Source of the DNA: Oscillospiraceae bacterium
GTDB lineage: Bacteria > Bacillota > Clostridia > Oscillospirales > CAG-272
Length of the DNA: 64,000 bases
Direction of reading: 5' to 3'
Assembly: GCA_015064845.1 (NCBI GenBank)
Contig: SVRL01000003.1
Coordinates: forward strand, 315 to 64,314
This document shows positions 9,992-19,670 of this stretch, piece by piece (positions within the stretch are counted from its first letter, which is position 1; each line of letters opens with the position of its first letter). The notes under the pieces were generated by a model, which saw only the letters and a program-made list of their open reading frames with translations, searched no databases and had not been told where the DNA came from. The position numbers and the translations under genes are program-made.

Positions 9992-10021
9992 TTGACATGT
10001 GTATTCAAAATATGCTATAAT
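9992..10021 (+). promoter_or_regulatory. sigma-A-type promoter with extended -10
   Basis: TTGACA (9992-9997), 18-nt spacer, TGcTATAAT (TATAAT at 10016-10021). Located upstream of the CDS at 10144. Confidence 0.6.
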
Positions 10022-10143
10022 AAATATACATTTGTCGCATTTGTAACATTTGAGTATTTGCGGAAAACATGTGAATTTTGGGTTTTCACCATTGGGAATA
10101 CTCATGAAAAATCCATCCAAATTAAAAAGAAAAGAGAACATTT

Positions 10144-11601
10144 ATGGCGAAAATTTTAATTATCGGCGGCGGTGTTGCCGGTTTATCTGCAGGAATTTAT
10201 GCGCAGATGCTCGGACATCGGGCAATTGTGTGTGAAAAGCATTTCATTGCGGGCGGAAATCTTTGCGGCTGGGATCGCGGGGTATATCATATTGATAATT
10301 GCATCCATTGGCTGACGGGCACAAATCCCGCAACGAAAACTTACAACATGTGGGAAGATCTCGGCGCGCTCGGCGGTATTGAGATTTTTCAAGGAGATTC
10401 CCTTTTTACCTGTGAATACGAAGGAAAACGGCTTTCTTTGTATAAAGATATTGAAAAAATGCAAGACGAAATGCTTGCCGTTTCTTTTGAAGATGAAGCA
10501 GAGGTTCGGTCGTTTATTCGTGCAATTCGAATTTTGCAAGGATTTTGCGGAATTGCAGGAAAAGACCACAACGAAAAAATCTCTCCTTTTCGCGCGGCTA
10601 CGGCTATCCCTGTGTTGATGAAATATTATCGTCTGACGACAGGAGAGCTTTCCGAACGCTTTTCACATCCTCTTTTGAAGTTCTTTTTCAAAGCTTTTTG
10701 GGGAAATGATTTCAGTTCTCTTGCGTTGATCTTCGTTTGCGCGCATTTTTGCGGAGAAAACGGAGGGATTCCTGTGGGAAGCTCTTGCGCGATGGCAGAG
10801 CGGATGACCGAACGGTTCCAATCTCTCGGCGGAGAATTGCTTTTGAGGAAAGAAGCGCTTGAAATTCATCATAAAAACGGTAAGGCAACGGAAGTTACGT
10901 TTGCGGACGGAACTTCTTTGCAAGCGGATTATATCATTCTGACTGCCGATCCTGATTCCGTTTTCGGAAAAATGATCGATTTTTCCATGCCGAAGCAGTT
11001 GAAAAAAATGTATGATAATCCGAGATACCGGCGTTTTTCAAGTTATCAATGTGCAATTTCCTGTACGCTTTCCGAATTGCCGTTTGAAGGCGATATTATT
11101 TTTGAAATTCCGAAAAAATACCACTCTTTGCTTTGTACCGACAGACTGATTGTTCGTGAATTTTCTCATGAAAAAACATTTGCTCCCGAGGGGGAAAATA
11201 TTTTGCAAACGATGGTCTTTGTTTTTGAAGAAGATGCTGAGAATTTTATCCGACTTCGGGCAAATGACAGAGAAGCTTACCGTCAAAAGAAAAAAGAAAT
11301 GGAAGAAGTTCTTTTGAAATTGCTTGAAGACCAATTTCCGCAAATGAAAGGCACTTTGCGTTGCATTGATCTGTGGACTCCTGCAACGTACCATCGTTTC
11401 ACGGGCAGTAAAATCGGTTCATTTATGAGCTTTGCCCTTCCTTCCAAAGCGTTGCCGCTGCGTGTCGGCAACCGCGTGAACGGTCTTTCCAACGTCATTT
11501 TGGCAACGCAATGGCAACAGGCGCCCGGAGGATTGCCGATTGCGGCTGAGGTTGGAAAAATCGCAGCAGAAACCATTGATAAAGAAGAACACAAAAAATA
11601 A
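10144..11601 (+). CDS. NAD(P)/FAD-dependent oxidoreductase (phytoene-desaturase-like family)
   Basis: N-terminal dinucleotide-binding motif ILIIGGGVAGLSAG in a 485-aa protein. Confidence 0.85.
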   Translation: MAKILIIGGGVAGLSAGIYAQMLGHRAIVCEKHFIAGGNLCGWDRGVYHIDNCIHWLTGTNPATKTYNMWEDLGALGGIEIFQGDSLFTCEYEGKRLSLYKDIEKMQDEMLAVSFEDEAEVRSFIRAIRILQGFCGIAGKDHNEKISPFRAATAIPVLMKYYRLTTGELSERFSHPLLKFFFKAFWGNDFSSLALIFVCAHFCGENGGIPVGSSCAMAERMTERFQSLGGELLLRKEALEIHHKNGKATEVTFADGTSLQADYIILTADPDSVFGKMIDFSMPKQLKKMYDNPRYRRFSSYQCAISCTLSELPFEGDIIFEIPKKYHSLLCTDRLIVREFSHEKTFAPEGENILQTMVFVFEEDAENFIRLRANDREAYRQKKKEMEEVLLKLLEDQFPQMKGTLRCIDLWTPATYHRFTGSKIGSFMSFALPSKALPLRVGNRVNGLSNVILATQWQQAPGGLPIAAEVGKIAAETIDKEEHKK

Positions 11602-11623
11602 AGACATTGGAAAGGTAAATATT

Positions 11624-12460
11624 ATGAGAAAATTTAAAATTGTTTCAGATTCTGCTTCCGATCTTACGTCATTGAAAAACGTAGATTTTGCATATGCCCC
11701 CATGAAGCTGATTGCCGATGGAAAAGAATTTATTGATGATGATTCGCTGGACGTGAAAGAAAGCGTGGATTTCTTTTATGCATACAAAGGAAAATCCCGT
11801 TCCTCCTGTCCCAATACGGGGGAATGGTTGGAGGCTTTTGGGGATGCGGATGACATTTTTTGCGTAACCATCACAAGCGGACTTTCGGGGAGCTATAATA
11901 CCGCATGTGCCGCAAAGAAGATTTATGAAGATGAAAATGAAGGTAAGCGTGTTTTTGTGGTGGATTCTCTGTCTGCAGGTCCGGAAATCACGTTGATTAT
12001 TGAAAAATTGGAAGAATATATTTCGGAAGGCATGGAATATGAAGAGATCTGTCGAAAGATTATGGAGTACCGAAAGAAAACAGGTTTGATTTTTATGCTC
12101 AAATCCTTGAAAAATTTCGCCAATAACGGCAGAGTATCTCCCGCTTTGGCAAGAATTGTGGAATTCCTCGGTATTTGTATCGTCGGCAAAGCCAGTGAGG
12201 AAGGTACGTTGGAGCCCACCCATAAATGTCGAGGAGAAGGAAAAGCATTGAGTACTCTGGTTTCCGAATTGAAGGCGAGTGGTTTGTTCAGCGGTAAAGT
12301 CAGCATTGCGCATTGCGAAAATGAACTTGCAGCGATCAGACTGAAAACGATGTTGCAGGCAAGTTTTCAAAATGCAAAAATAGAAATTCATAAGCTTCGC
12401 GGTCTTTGCAGCTTTTATGCGGAAAAAGGCGGCGTGCTGATTGGATTTGAAAAATTTTGA
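11624..12460 (+). CDS. DegV-family fatty-acid-binding protein
   Basis: ATG 11624 within track ORF 11540..12460. MRKFKIVSDSASDL start and overall DegV pattern. Confidence 0.9.
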   Translation: MRKFKIVSDSASDLTSLKNVDFAYAPMKLIADGKEFIDDDSLDVKESVDFFYAYKGKSRSSCPNTGEWLEAFGDADDIFCVTITSGLSGSYNTACAAKKIYEDENEGKRVFVVDSLSAGPEITLIIEKLEEYISEGMEYEEICRKIMEYRKKTGLIFMLKSLKNFANNGRVSPALARIVEFLGICIVGKASEEGTLEPTHKCRGEGKALSTLVSELKASGLFSGKVSIAHCENELAAIRLKTMLQASFQNAKIEIHKLRGLCSFYAEKGGVLIGFEKF

Positions 12461-12592
12461 ATTTTTAAGTGTATCATTTGATTTTGAAATTTCGATTTTT
12501 GGACAGTCTTTGAAATTTGTCCATTGAAAGAGCAATTGCTTTTGTGTTATAATAATATATATTACAGCATAAAGAAAGGGAGCAATTGTATC

Positions 12593-13456
12593 ATGACTTA
12601 TATTTTATACAACACGCACGCGGGAAATCAGCATGTGGAACAGGAATTGGAATCTTTGGTCTCTTCTTTTCAGGGCAATGCCGAGAAAAAAGATGTGACT
12701 TCCATTGATTATAAGACTTTTATTCCCACGCTGACCAAAGAAGATACCGTTATTCTTTGCGGAGGCGACGGTACGCTCAACCATTTTGTGAACGATACTG
12801 ACGGTTTGGATATCGAATGTGATGTTTTGTACTATCCTGCCGGTTCGGGAAATGATTTTGCGCGTGATATCGAATGTTCTGCGCACGACCATCCTGTTCC
12901 CGTAAAACAGTATTTTGAAAATCTTCCTCTTGCGGAAGTCAAAGGTAAACAGTATCGTTTTATTAATAACGTTGGTTTCGGTATTGACGGTTATTGCTGT
13001 GAAGTCGGTGATATTCTCAAGAAAAAATCCGATAAACCCGTAAACTATACCGCAATTGCCATTAAGGGACTTCTTTTTCATTATCATCCCACGAACGCAA
13101 CCGTCATTGTTGACGGAAAAAAATATGAATATAAAAAAGTTTGGCTTGCACCGACCATGAAGGGCAGATATTACGGCGGCGGTATGATTGCAACACCCGC
13201 GCAGGACCGTAATGATCCCGAAGGAAACCTCAGCGTGATGATTTTTCACGGTTCCGGCAAATTACAGACCTTGATGATATTCCCCTCCATTTTCAAAGGC
13301 GAGCATATCAAAAAAGAGAAATACGTAACCGTACATACGGGTCATGAAATTTCCGTTTCTTTCGACCGTCCTACCGCGTTGCAGATTGACGGCGAAACCA
13401 TTCTCGGGGTAACGGAGTACAGTGTCAAATCCAAAGTTCCTGCAAAAATTTCTTAA
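12593..13456 (+). CDS. diacylglycerol-kinase-family lipid kinase (YegS/BmrU-like)
   Basis: ATG 12593. GGDGTLN catalytic-domain motif. Confidence 0.88.
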   Translation: MTYILYNTHAGNQHVEQELESLVSSFQGNAEKKDVTSIDYKTFIPTLTKEDTVILCGGDGTLNHFVNDTDGLDIECDVLYYPAGSGNDFARDIECSAHDHPVPVKQYFENLPLAEVKGKQYRFINNVGFGIDGYCCEVGDILKKKSDKPVNYTAIAIKGLLFHYHPTNATVIVDGKKYEYKKVWLAPTMKGRYYGGGMIATPAQDRNDPEGNLSVMIFHGSGKLQTLMIFPSIFKGEHIKKEKYVTVHTGHEISVSFDRPTALQIDGETILGVTEYSVKSKVPAKIS

Positions 13457-13489
13457 AGTTCAGCGATTTTTTCAACAAAATTCCAAAAA

Positions 13490-13531
13490 CAGCCGATGAG
13501 TGAAGAAAAATTCTTTCTCATCGGCTGTTTT
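13490..13531. terminator. bidirectional hairpin terminator between convergent genes
   Basis: CAGCCGATGAG (13490-13500) / CTCATCGGCTG (13517-13527), flanked by an A-run and a T-run. Confidence 0.8.
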
Positions 13532-13569
13532 ATTACGTAGAATGTTGGTAACGGATTACAAGACAATAC

Positions 13570-14319
13570 TCAGCTTTGCTTTTTTGCTTTTTTTCTTTCT
13601 TTGAACCAAAGGATAATATATTTCCGATAAAAGCATCCGAGATATACCACGATCAAGGGTAAACTCAAGAACATATACCAATACGGATAAGGAATGATAT
13701 TATAGAACAATTGCAATACGGGATTTTCGGGTTTAATGGAATACATATAGTTGACCTGAATCAAATTACCCGCGTAATCTAAAATATTGTTGGTCAAAAG
13801 ATAATCGTTCAAAGCAATATTGATGAAATGAATGATCGTATAGGATACCAATGTAATGACCAAGGTAGAGCCTATGCATCGTACGTCTCTTTTTACAAGA
13901 CGTAAACCAAACATCAGAATCGGAATACCGATTTCCAGTAAATGGGGGAAGAAATAAAATACGAAAGTCCAACTGAAAATTTCAAAATTTGCCTGAGCGG
14001 TATTGACGACGAGAGCAAGCAATGCGCCAAGTCCCCAAAATAACAGAAGATTATTCAAAACTTTGCTTCTTGTCCAAACGGCAAACGGCAAGACCATTGC
14101 AGTCAGCGAGCAGAGATGGAAGGGAAGATATTCCAATGGAGAACCCCACATGAGAAGATTATAAAGAATGGCTGCCACGCCAGAAAAGGAAAGAATACCC
14201 AAAACGATGGTTTGTGTTTTTGCAGAGAATCTTTTCAAAAGAAAATAAAGACCGATGATGAGACCGATTCCCAAGACCAAAGATGCAATATGTACTACGC
14301 CAAAACTACCCCAAGTCAT
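13570..14319 (-). CDS. integral membrane protein (YwaF/TIGR02206-like)
   Basis: 249 aa with about 7 TM helices. The family call is from overall resemblance only. Confidence 0.7.
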   Translation of the reverse strand: MTWGSFGVVHIASLVLGIGLIIGLYFLLKRFSAKTQTIVLGILSFSGVAAILYNLLMWGSPLEYLPFHLCSLTAMVLPFAVWTRSKVLNNLLLFWGLGALLALVVNTAQANFEIFSWTFVFYFFPHLLEIGIPILMFGLRLVKRDVRCIGSTLVITLVSYTIIHFINIALNDYLLTNNILDYAGNLIQVNYMYSIKPENPVLQLFYNIIPYPYWYMFLSLPLIVVYLGCFYRKYIILWFKERKKAKKQS

Positions 14320-14535
14320 AAGATCACTCCTTTAAAATTTTTACGTGAAATCGGTTCCGCTCCCATCCTTTCGGTACGTTTTTTTTGAAAAACATAAAAG
14401 GGAAAACGGACAAGCAATTTCAAACGAGGTTGTTGACAATATTATATCATATTCTTTTTATTTTGACAACTGTTTTTTTGATTATTTATTTTTCCAAAAA
14501 TGAAATCCGTATGTGGTAAAAGCCGTTTTTGTCGT

Positions 14536-15189
14536 TCAATTCAATTTTTTCAGCTTGGATTTGTGTGCGATGACAAACAATTGCATATCTTCCGACAGTT
14601 TTTCTTTCGGATCAATATTGACGGTTACTTTATCCTGCTGTTTGATTGCCACAATGTTGATGGCGTATTTTTTTCTTAAATCCAATTCACTCAAGGATCT
14701 GCCGCACCATTCCGGATGAACGTCCACTTCCACAAGCGCAATATCTCCGGATAATTCAAACATATCGATAAAGCCCGAACTCAGAAGATTTTTTGCCAGG
14801 CGCATGCCCGAATCCTGTTCGGGAAATACAACTTTATCCGCGCCTACCTTAAGTAAAATTCTCCGATTCATTTCAGTTGCGCATTTTACGATTACATGTT
14901 TTACGCCGACTTCTTTACAAAGCATCACGGCGAGAATGCTTTCCTCCAGATGGTTTGCCATGGCAATGACAACAACGTCCATATTGGCAATTCCCATTTG
15001 TTTGATGGCTGCCGCATCCGTAACGTCAGCGCATTGACAGCGGGGAATTTCCGTGCTTGCCGCATTGACGGCAGCTTCGTTTTTATCAACGGCAAGCACT
15101 TCCGCACCGCTGTTGACAAGTTCCGTGGCAACGGAATAACCGTAACGTCCGAGCCCGAAAACAGCATATGATTTTTTCTGAAAATTCAT
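14536..15189 (-). CDS. K+ uptake system NAD-binding subunit (TrkA/KtrA)
   Basis: YAVFGLGRYGYSVATEL Rossmann motif (RCK_N). The GGAGA RBS favours ATG 15189; an alternative ATG lies at 15201. Confidence 0.88.
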   Translation of the reverse strand: MNFQKKSYAVFGLGRYGYSVATELVNSGAEVLAVDKNEAAVNAASTEIPRCQCADVTDAAAIKQMGIANMDVVVIAMANHLEESILAVMLCKEVGVKHVIVKCATEMNRRILLKVGADKVVFPEQDSGMRLAKNLLSSGFIDMFELSGDIALVEVDVHPEWCGRSLSELDLRKKYAINIVAIKQQDKVTVNIDPKEKLSEDMQLFVIAHKSKLKKLN

Positions 15190-15255
15190 AATGATCTCCA
15201 TTTCTGCCGCCTGTTGGCGGCATTGATATACATTGAAATCCGACTTGAAATTTGA

Positions 15256-16617
15256 TTATCCGACGGTGATGTTTTCCGTTGGATTTTTAATGATATTCAC
15301 AGTTTCCTGTTTCACGTTGAGTGCGATTGCAAGCGACATCGGACCGACCCGTCCGAAATACATGGTTGTGATGATGATCAATTTTCCCCAAATATTCAAG
15401 GAGAAAGTTAAATTTCTTGTCAAACCGACGGTTGCCGTTGCGCTGACCGTTTCATAAAAAATATCCAACATTTCCGCATCCGTAACCGCAGAGAGAAGGA
15501 AAGATGATATCAAAACAATAAAAGAAAACGTGATGAAAACCGCAACCGTTTTATAAATGGCCTCTTTTGCGAGATTTCTGCGGAAAAGAGAAACGTCCCG
15601 TTTGTTTCGGATGGTTGCGAGCGCAGTTGCGGTCAAAACGGTAAACGTTACGGTTTTGATACCGCCTGCCGTTCCCACGGGCGAACCGCCGATGAGCATT
15701 AGAATCAGACAGAGCAATGCAGAGGAATCGGTCAGATTTTCTTGTGGAACGGTTGCAAAACCTGCTGTTCTTGTTGTTACGGATTGGAAAAGTGCAATCT
15801 GTAATTTGTCAAAAAACGATGCGTTTCCCATTGTCAGCGGATTGTGATATTCAAATAAAAGAAGAAAAAACGCACCTGCGAAAATCAAAAAAGTCGTGGA
15901 TGTGAGTACGATTTTGCTGTGCAAGGTCAATCTTTCAAAACATCTGAAATTTTGTCTTTTGAAATCCTTACAGACTCTCAGAACGTCCCACCAGACGATG
16001 AACCCCAAACCTCCCAGAATAATCAAAATGGAAGTTACGGTGTTGATCAAAGGATTGGTCGCATAATTGCACAGGCTGTTTTCGGCAACGATGTCGATTC
16101 CGGCGTTACAGAATGCGGAAACGGAATTGAAAACGGAGATCCAAATGCCTTGCAGACCGAATTCGGGGATAAAAACCGTCATATAAAGAAGCGCGCCGAT
16201 GCCTTCTATCAAAAATGTGCCGAAGATGACTTTTTTGACAAAGCGAACAAGTCCATTCATCGTATCCAGATTAAAAGCAGCCTGAATCAACTGTCTTTCA
16301 TTCATTCCGATTCGTTTTTGCATGGCAATCATGAAGCCTGTTATCACGGTGATCGTTCCAAGTCCGCCGATCTGTATCAGAATCAGAATCACTGCCTGTC
16401 CGAAAAAACTCCACGTTGAAACGGTTGGCAGAGTTACCAGTCCCGTTACACAGGTTGCGGTTGTTGCCGTAAACAGCGCATCGATGTAAGCCACAGGCTC
16501 TCCGCTTTTCGTACTGAACGGTAAAGAAAGTAAGGAACTTCCCAATAAAATAACCAATAAAAAGCTGAACAGTATGATATGTGTTGCGGAAATTGAAAAA
16601 AATTTCCTTTTTGCCAT
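15256..16617 (-). CDS. K+ uptake system membrane subunit (TrkH/KtrB)
   Basis: Polytopic membrane protein with repeated selectivity-filter-like segments (TGLVT, IGGLG, CNAGI, IGGSPVGTAGGIKT). Start ATG 16617 has an AAGGGA RBS. An extended -10 TGCTATAAT lies on the minus strand at 16660-16652. Confidence 0.88.
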   Translation of the reverse strand: MAKRKFFSISATHIILFSFLLVILLGSSLLSLPFSTKSGEPVAYIDALFTATTATCVTGLVTLPTVSTWSFFGQAVILILIQIGGLGTITVITGFMIAMQKRIGMNERQLIQAAFNLDTMNGLVRFVKKVIFGTFLIEGIGALLYMTVFIPEFGLQGIWISVFNSVSAFCNAGIDIVAENSLCNYATNPLINTVTSILIILGGLGFIVWWDVLRVCKDFKRQNFRCFERLTLHSKIVLTSTTFLIFAGAFFLLLFEYHNPLTMGNASFFDKLQIALFQSVTTRTAGFATVPQENLTDSSALLCLILMLIGGSPVGTAGGIKTVTFTVLTATALATIRNKRDVSLFRRNLAKEAIYKTVAVFITFSFIVLISSFLLSAVTDAEMLDIFYETVSATATVGLTRNLTFSLNIWGKLIIITTMYFGRVGPMSLAIALNVKQETVNIIKNPTENITVG

Positions 16618-16712
16618 AAAATCATCCCTTTTTATCATAATCTTTACCTCTATTATAGCACAAAAAAAGAATTCTTGCAATGCATTACAAGAATTCTTAA
16701 AAAATGATTTTT

Positions 16713-16817
16713 TATACTATAGGAAATTGCGCAAATCAGTTGCGCTGTCGAGTGAAGCGTCAAGTTTGAATAAACTGCGATACGGCGGCAACCATCAGCG
16801 GCGATTCGCCACTTTTT
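16713..16817 (+). repeat. intergenic element copy B1 (family 5' and 3' ends, divergent centre)
   Basis: TATACTATAGGAAATTGCGCAA... ...GGCAACCATCAGCGGCGATTCGCCACT plus T-run. Confidence 0.7.
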
Positions 16818-16921
16818 TATGCTATAAGAAATTGCTCAATTTTAACCTCGCCGTTTGCGTAGTTTTGATGCAAGCAAACTTGGATAGGCGAGCAACCATT
16901 AGCGGCGATTCGCCGCTTTTT
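16818..16921 (+). repeat. intergenic element copy B2 (tandem to B1)
   Basis: TATGCTATAAGAAATTGCTCAATTTTAACCTCGCCGTTTGC...GGATAGGCGAGCAACCATTAGCGGCGAttCGCCGCT plus T-run. Its 3' end abuts the stop codon (16920-16922) of the convergent gene. Confidence 0.8.
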
Positions 16922-18287
16922 AATCAAAGTCAAAATATTTTTTGCGGAGCTTTTCCATTCTTCCGGAAATACGGCGCAAATCTTCTCCCGCTTCTTCATC
17001 TCCGCAAGCATATTCTTTCATCAGTCTGCCTTCTTCAAAGCAAATTTCATCGTGGATGGGGAGATAATGCTCGTAAAGGAACCAACAATATTTCATCATG
17101 CGCAGTGTGCCGAGAACTTCAACGTGGTTTTTAATATCCTGAATGGCAACGTTATAAAAACTCTTGACAGCGCCGACGATTTCATCACGGGTATTTTCGT
17201 AAGCAAGAACCATGGAACGTGCAGAGTGCCAATCGTTGTTATAGGGTGTAGAACCGTGTGTATCGGTATTGCCGACGATCGGAACCTGAATACCCTGCGC
17301 GCGGAAATCATGATATTTTTGAACTTGATAACCGTTTTGTTGGAAATATGTCAAGCCGCCGAATACCTCAAAGGCATCGAAGGGATGGGTTTTGAACATA
17401 TGGTCAGTAAAATCTTCGGGCACCTGATATACGTTACTGATCCAGTAAGGGTGCGCAAAAATACCGAGACCGTTTGCCTTTTTGATGTGATTGCAGATCC
17501 AGACACAGGAAGCGTACGGAAATTTTTCCACGTTTTCAGGGATATCAAGCGTTTGCGCAAGCGCATTGACTTCGGCGCGGTATTCTTCTTCCGTCATCAC
17601 GTCGGGGCAAATGCCGGTGAGGGAACGCCAATCGGGATCGGCGCCTTTATTGATATATTGCTGGGAACAATCCAACAGACCGTTTATGCTGTAATCGCCG
17701 CCGAAATTGACGATATGAATGTCGTTTCCGGGAAGATGAATTTCCTCGCCCGTATAAAATTTTACGTCAAGATTCAACGGTTCATAGAATCGTTTTGTTT
17801 CCAGTGAGGGATAATATTTTCTGTGATCGGTAATTGCCATGAAGTCGTAACCCGCTTTTCGATAGTTTGCGGCTACGATAAAGGGATGTTCTTTGCCGTC
17901 GGAACGTGTGGAATGCATATGCATATCGCCGATATAAGGATATCTGCCAATCAGATCCGATTCGACTGCGTAAACGGAAAGCTGAACAATGCGTTTATCT
18001 TCCAAAATAATGCGAATATAATGTTCGCTTTCTTTTTTGAAAGTATGAACAATGTGAAAGCATCCGTCTTGCGCGGGCATCATACGGTAGGATGTGTAGT
18101 TGTCGCGGGTGGGATAGGTTGAGGGAATGCCCTCCGTCATGGTATGGATGGCGACGGTATATTCCTTATTTTCGGCAAATGCGGCATGTCCGCCTCGGGG
18201 CTTCACGGTAATGGAAACCTCTTTGCCCACGGGGATAACTTTCGGAAAAATGTCGTAATTCAAAAGTTCACGTTTCATCAAATCCAT
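16920..18287 (-). CDS. PHP-domain metal-dependent phosphoesterase-like protein
   Basis: GDMHMHSTRSDG and ITDH motifs. Start ATG 18287 with RBS GGAAAGGA, inside track ORF 16920..18353. Confidence 0.8.
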   Translation of the reverse strand: MDLMKRELLNYDIFPKVIPVGKEVSITVKPRGGHAAFAENKEYTVAIHTMTEGIPSTYPTRDNYTSYRMMPAQDGCFHIVHTFKKESEHYIRIILEDKRIVQLSVYAVESDLIGRYPYIGDMHMHSTRSDGKEHPFIVAANYRKAGYDFMAITDHRKYYPSLETKRFYEPLNLDVKFYTGEEIHLPGNDIHIVNFGGDYSINGLLDCSQQYINKGADPDWRSLTGICPDVMTEEEYRAEVNALAQTLDIPENVEKFPYASCVWICNHIKKANGLGIFAHPYWISNVYQVPEDFTDHMFKTHPFDAFEVFGGLTYFQQNGYQVQKYHDFRAQGIQVPIVGNTDTHGSTPYNNDWHSARSMVLAYENTRDEIVGAVKSFYNVAIQDIKNHVEVLGTLRMMKYCWFLYEHYLPIHDEICFEEGRLMKEYACGDEEAGEDLRRISGRMEKLRKKYFDFD

Positions 18288-18489
18288 AAGCTGAGATCCT
18301 TTCCAAAATATATAATGAATTTTTCTATACCTGCATTTTATCATAAATTTCATGTTTTGTAAATAGTCTCTTCTTTGATTTTATATGGAAAATGATGTTT
18401 ATGATGTGACGTTTTTTTTATTTTCTCATACACTGTAGATGAATCCAAAGCAAAAAGAAATAAAATGACCGAAAGGATGAATCTTGCGT

Positions 18490-19542
18490 ATGGAAAAATA
18501 TTTTGCAGCCGCCAATACAGAAGCGGGCTTTTTCAGTTTGTTTGACGAGGTGTTTTCCTCGCAACGTCTTCGCCGTATTTATATTTTGAAGGGCGGTCCG
18601 GGAACAGGAAAATCCACATTGATGAAAAATATCGGTTTTATGGCGGAAAATCGGGGCTTTGAAGTGGAATACATCTGCTGTTCTTCGGATCCGCATTCAT
18701 TGGACGGTATTATCATTCCTTCGCTTTCCGTTGCTGTTTTGGACGGTACCGCTCCTCATATTACAGATCCCGTTTATCCGGGTGTTACGGAGCATACGGT
18801 AAATCTGGAAGAAGCATTGGATTGCGAAGCGCTCACGAAAAAAAGAGAAGAGATTATTTCTTTGATCCGCTCGAAAAAAGAAGCTTACCGCACCGCATAT
18901 AGGTTTCTCAGTGCGGCGGGCATTCTTGAAAAAGAGCGCGATGCACTGACAGAAACTTTTTTCCTTCGTGAAAAAGCGGAAGCGGCAGTCAAAAGATTGC
19001 TGGATTCTTTTCGACACATCGAAAAAGGAGAACAAAAGCACAGATATATTTCCGCCATTTCTTGTGATGGTGTACAAAGATTGGATACTTTGCGCCGCCA
19101 TGCAAAAAAATTTTTTGCAGTTACGGATAAGTACGGATTCGGCAGATATTTCATGAATACTCTTTATGAAGCGGTTTGCACGGAAAAGCTTGCTGCTACC
19201 GTATGTTCTTCTCCTCTGAATTTTGCGCATAAAGAAGCGATTTTTCTGGAAGGGGAGAACGTTCTTTTCATGCTTGCCGACGAAAAAGAAGCGGAAAACG
19301 CGGATAAGATTATAAACTGTATGCGTTTTATTCGGAAAGAGGCTGTTTCCGAAAGAAAGGGACGTTTGCGGTTTTTCGGCAAATGCGAGGAAGCCATATT
19401 GGAGGGCGCGCTTTCTGCGCTTGCAGAAGCTGGCAAATTTCATAAAAAGGCTGAAAAGATTTACAGTGCCTGTGTCGATTTTTCCGAAATCGATGCCATA
19501 AAAATGAAAATGATTTCCGAAATATTTGCAAACAATATGTAA
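18490..19542 (+). CDS. P-loop NTPase of unknown function
   Basis: Walker A GGPGTGKST. ATG 18490 inside track ORF 18484..19542. Confidence 0.75.
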   Translation: MEKYFAAANTEAGFFSLFDEVFSSQRLRRIYILKGGPGTGKSTLMKNIGFMAENRGFEVEYICCSSDPHSLDGIIIPSLSVAVLDGTAPHITDPVYPGVTEHTVNLEEALDCEALTKKREEIISLIRSKKEAYRTAYRFLSAAGILEKERDALTETFFLREKAEAAVKRLLDSFRHIEKGEQKHRYISAISCDGVQRLDTLRRHAKKFFAVTDKYGFGRYFMNTLYEAVCTEKLAATVCSSPLNFAHKEAIFLEGENVLFMLADEKEAENADKIINCMRFIRKEAVSERKGRLRFFGKCEEAILEGALSALAEAGKFHKKAEKIYSACVDFSEIDAIKMKMISEIFANNM

Positions 19543-19670
19543 AATATTAAAATAGTAATTGCAAAAATAAAAAAGATGTGATATAATTAAACTACATTTG
19601 CGTTTTTCAGCCGACGGAGGATTTTTCCGTCGGCACGCAACATATTTTTGAAAGGAAAATAGTAAAAACC

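Noticed and set aside
11669-12535. 288-aa minus-strand ORF. The same applies to 5131..6162, 12605..13249, 18697..19695, 19695..20618, 22290..23153, 34734..35624, 37757..38650, 41964..42704, 43888..44727 and 60432..61208.
   Set aside because: All lie opposite confidently identified genes, lack RBS support and give compositionally odd proteins. They are artefacts of long stop-free antisense frames.
16618-16712. Possible c-di-AMP (ydaO/kimA-type) riboswitch upstream of the ktr/trk operon
   Set aside because: The leader is only about 30-45 nt between the promoter (-10 at 16657-16652) and the start codon. That is far too short, and no conserved riboswitch motifs are visible.
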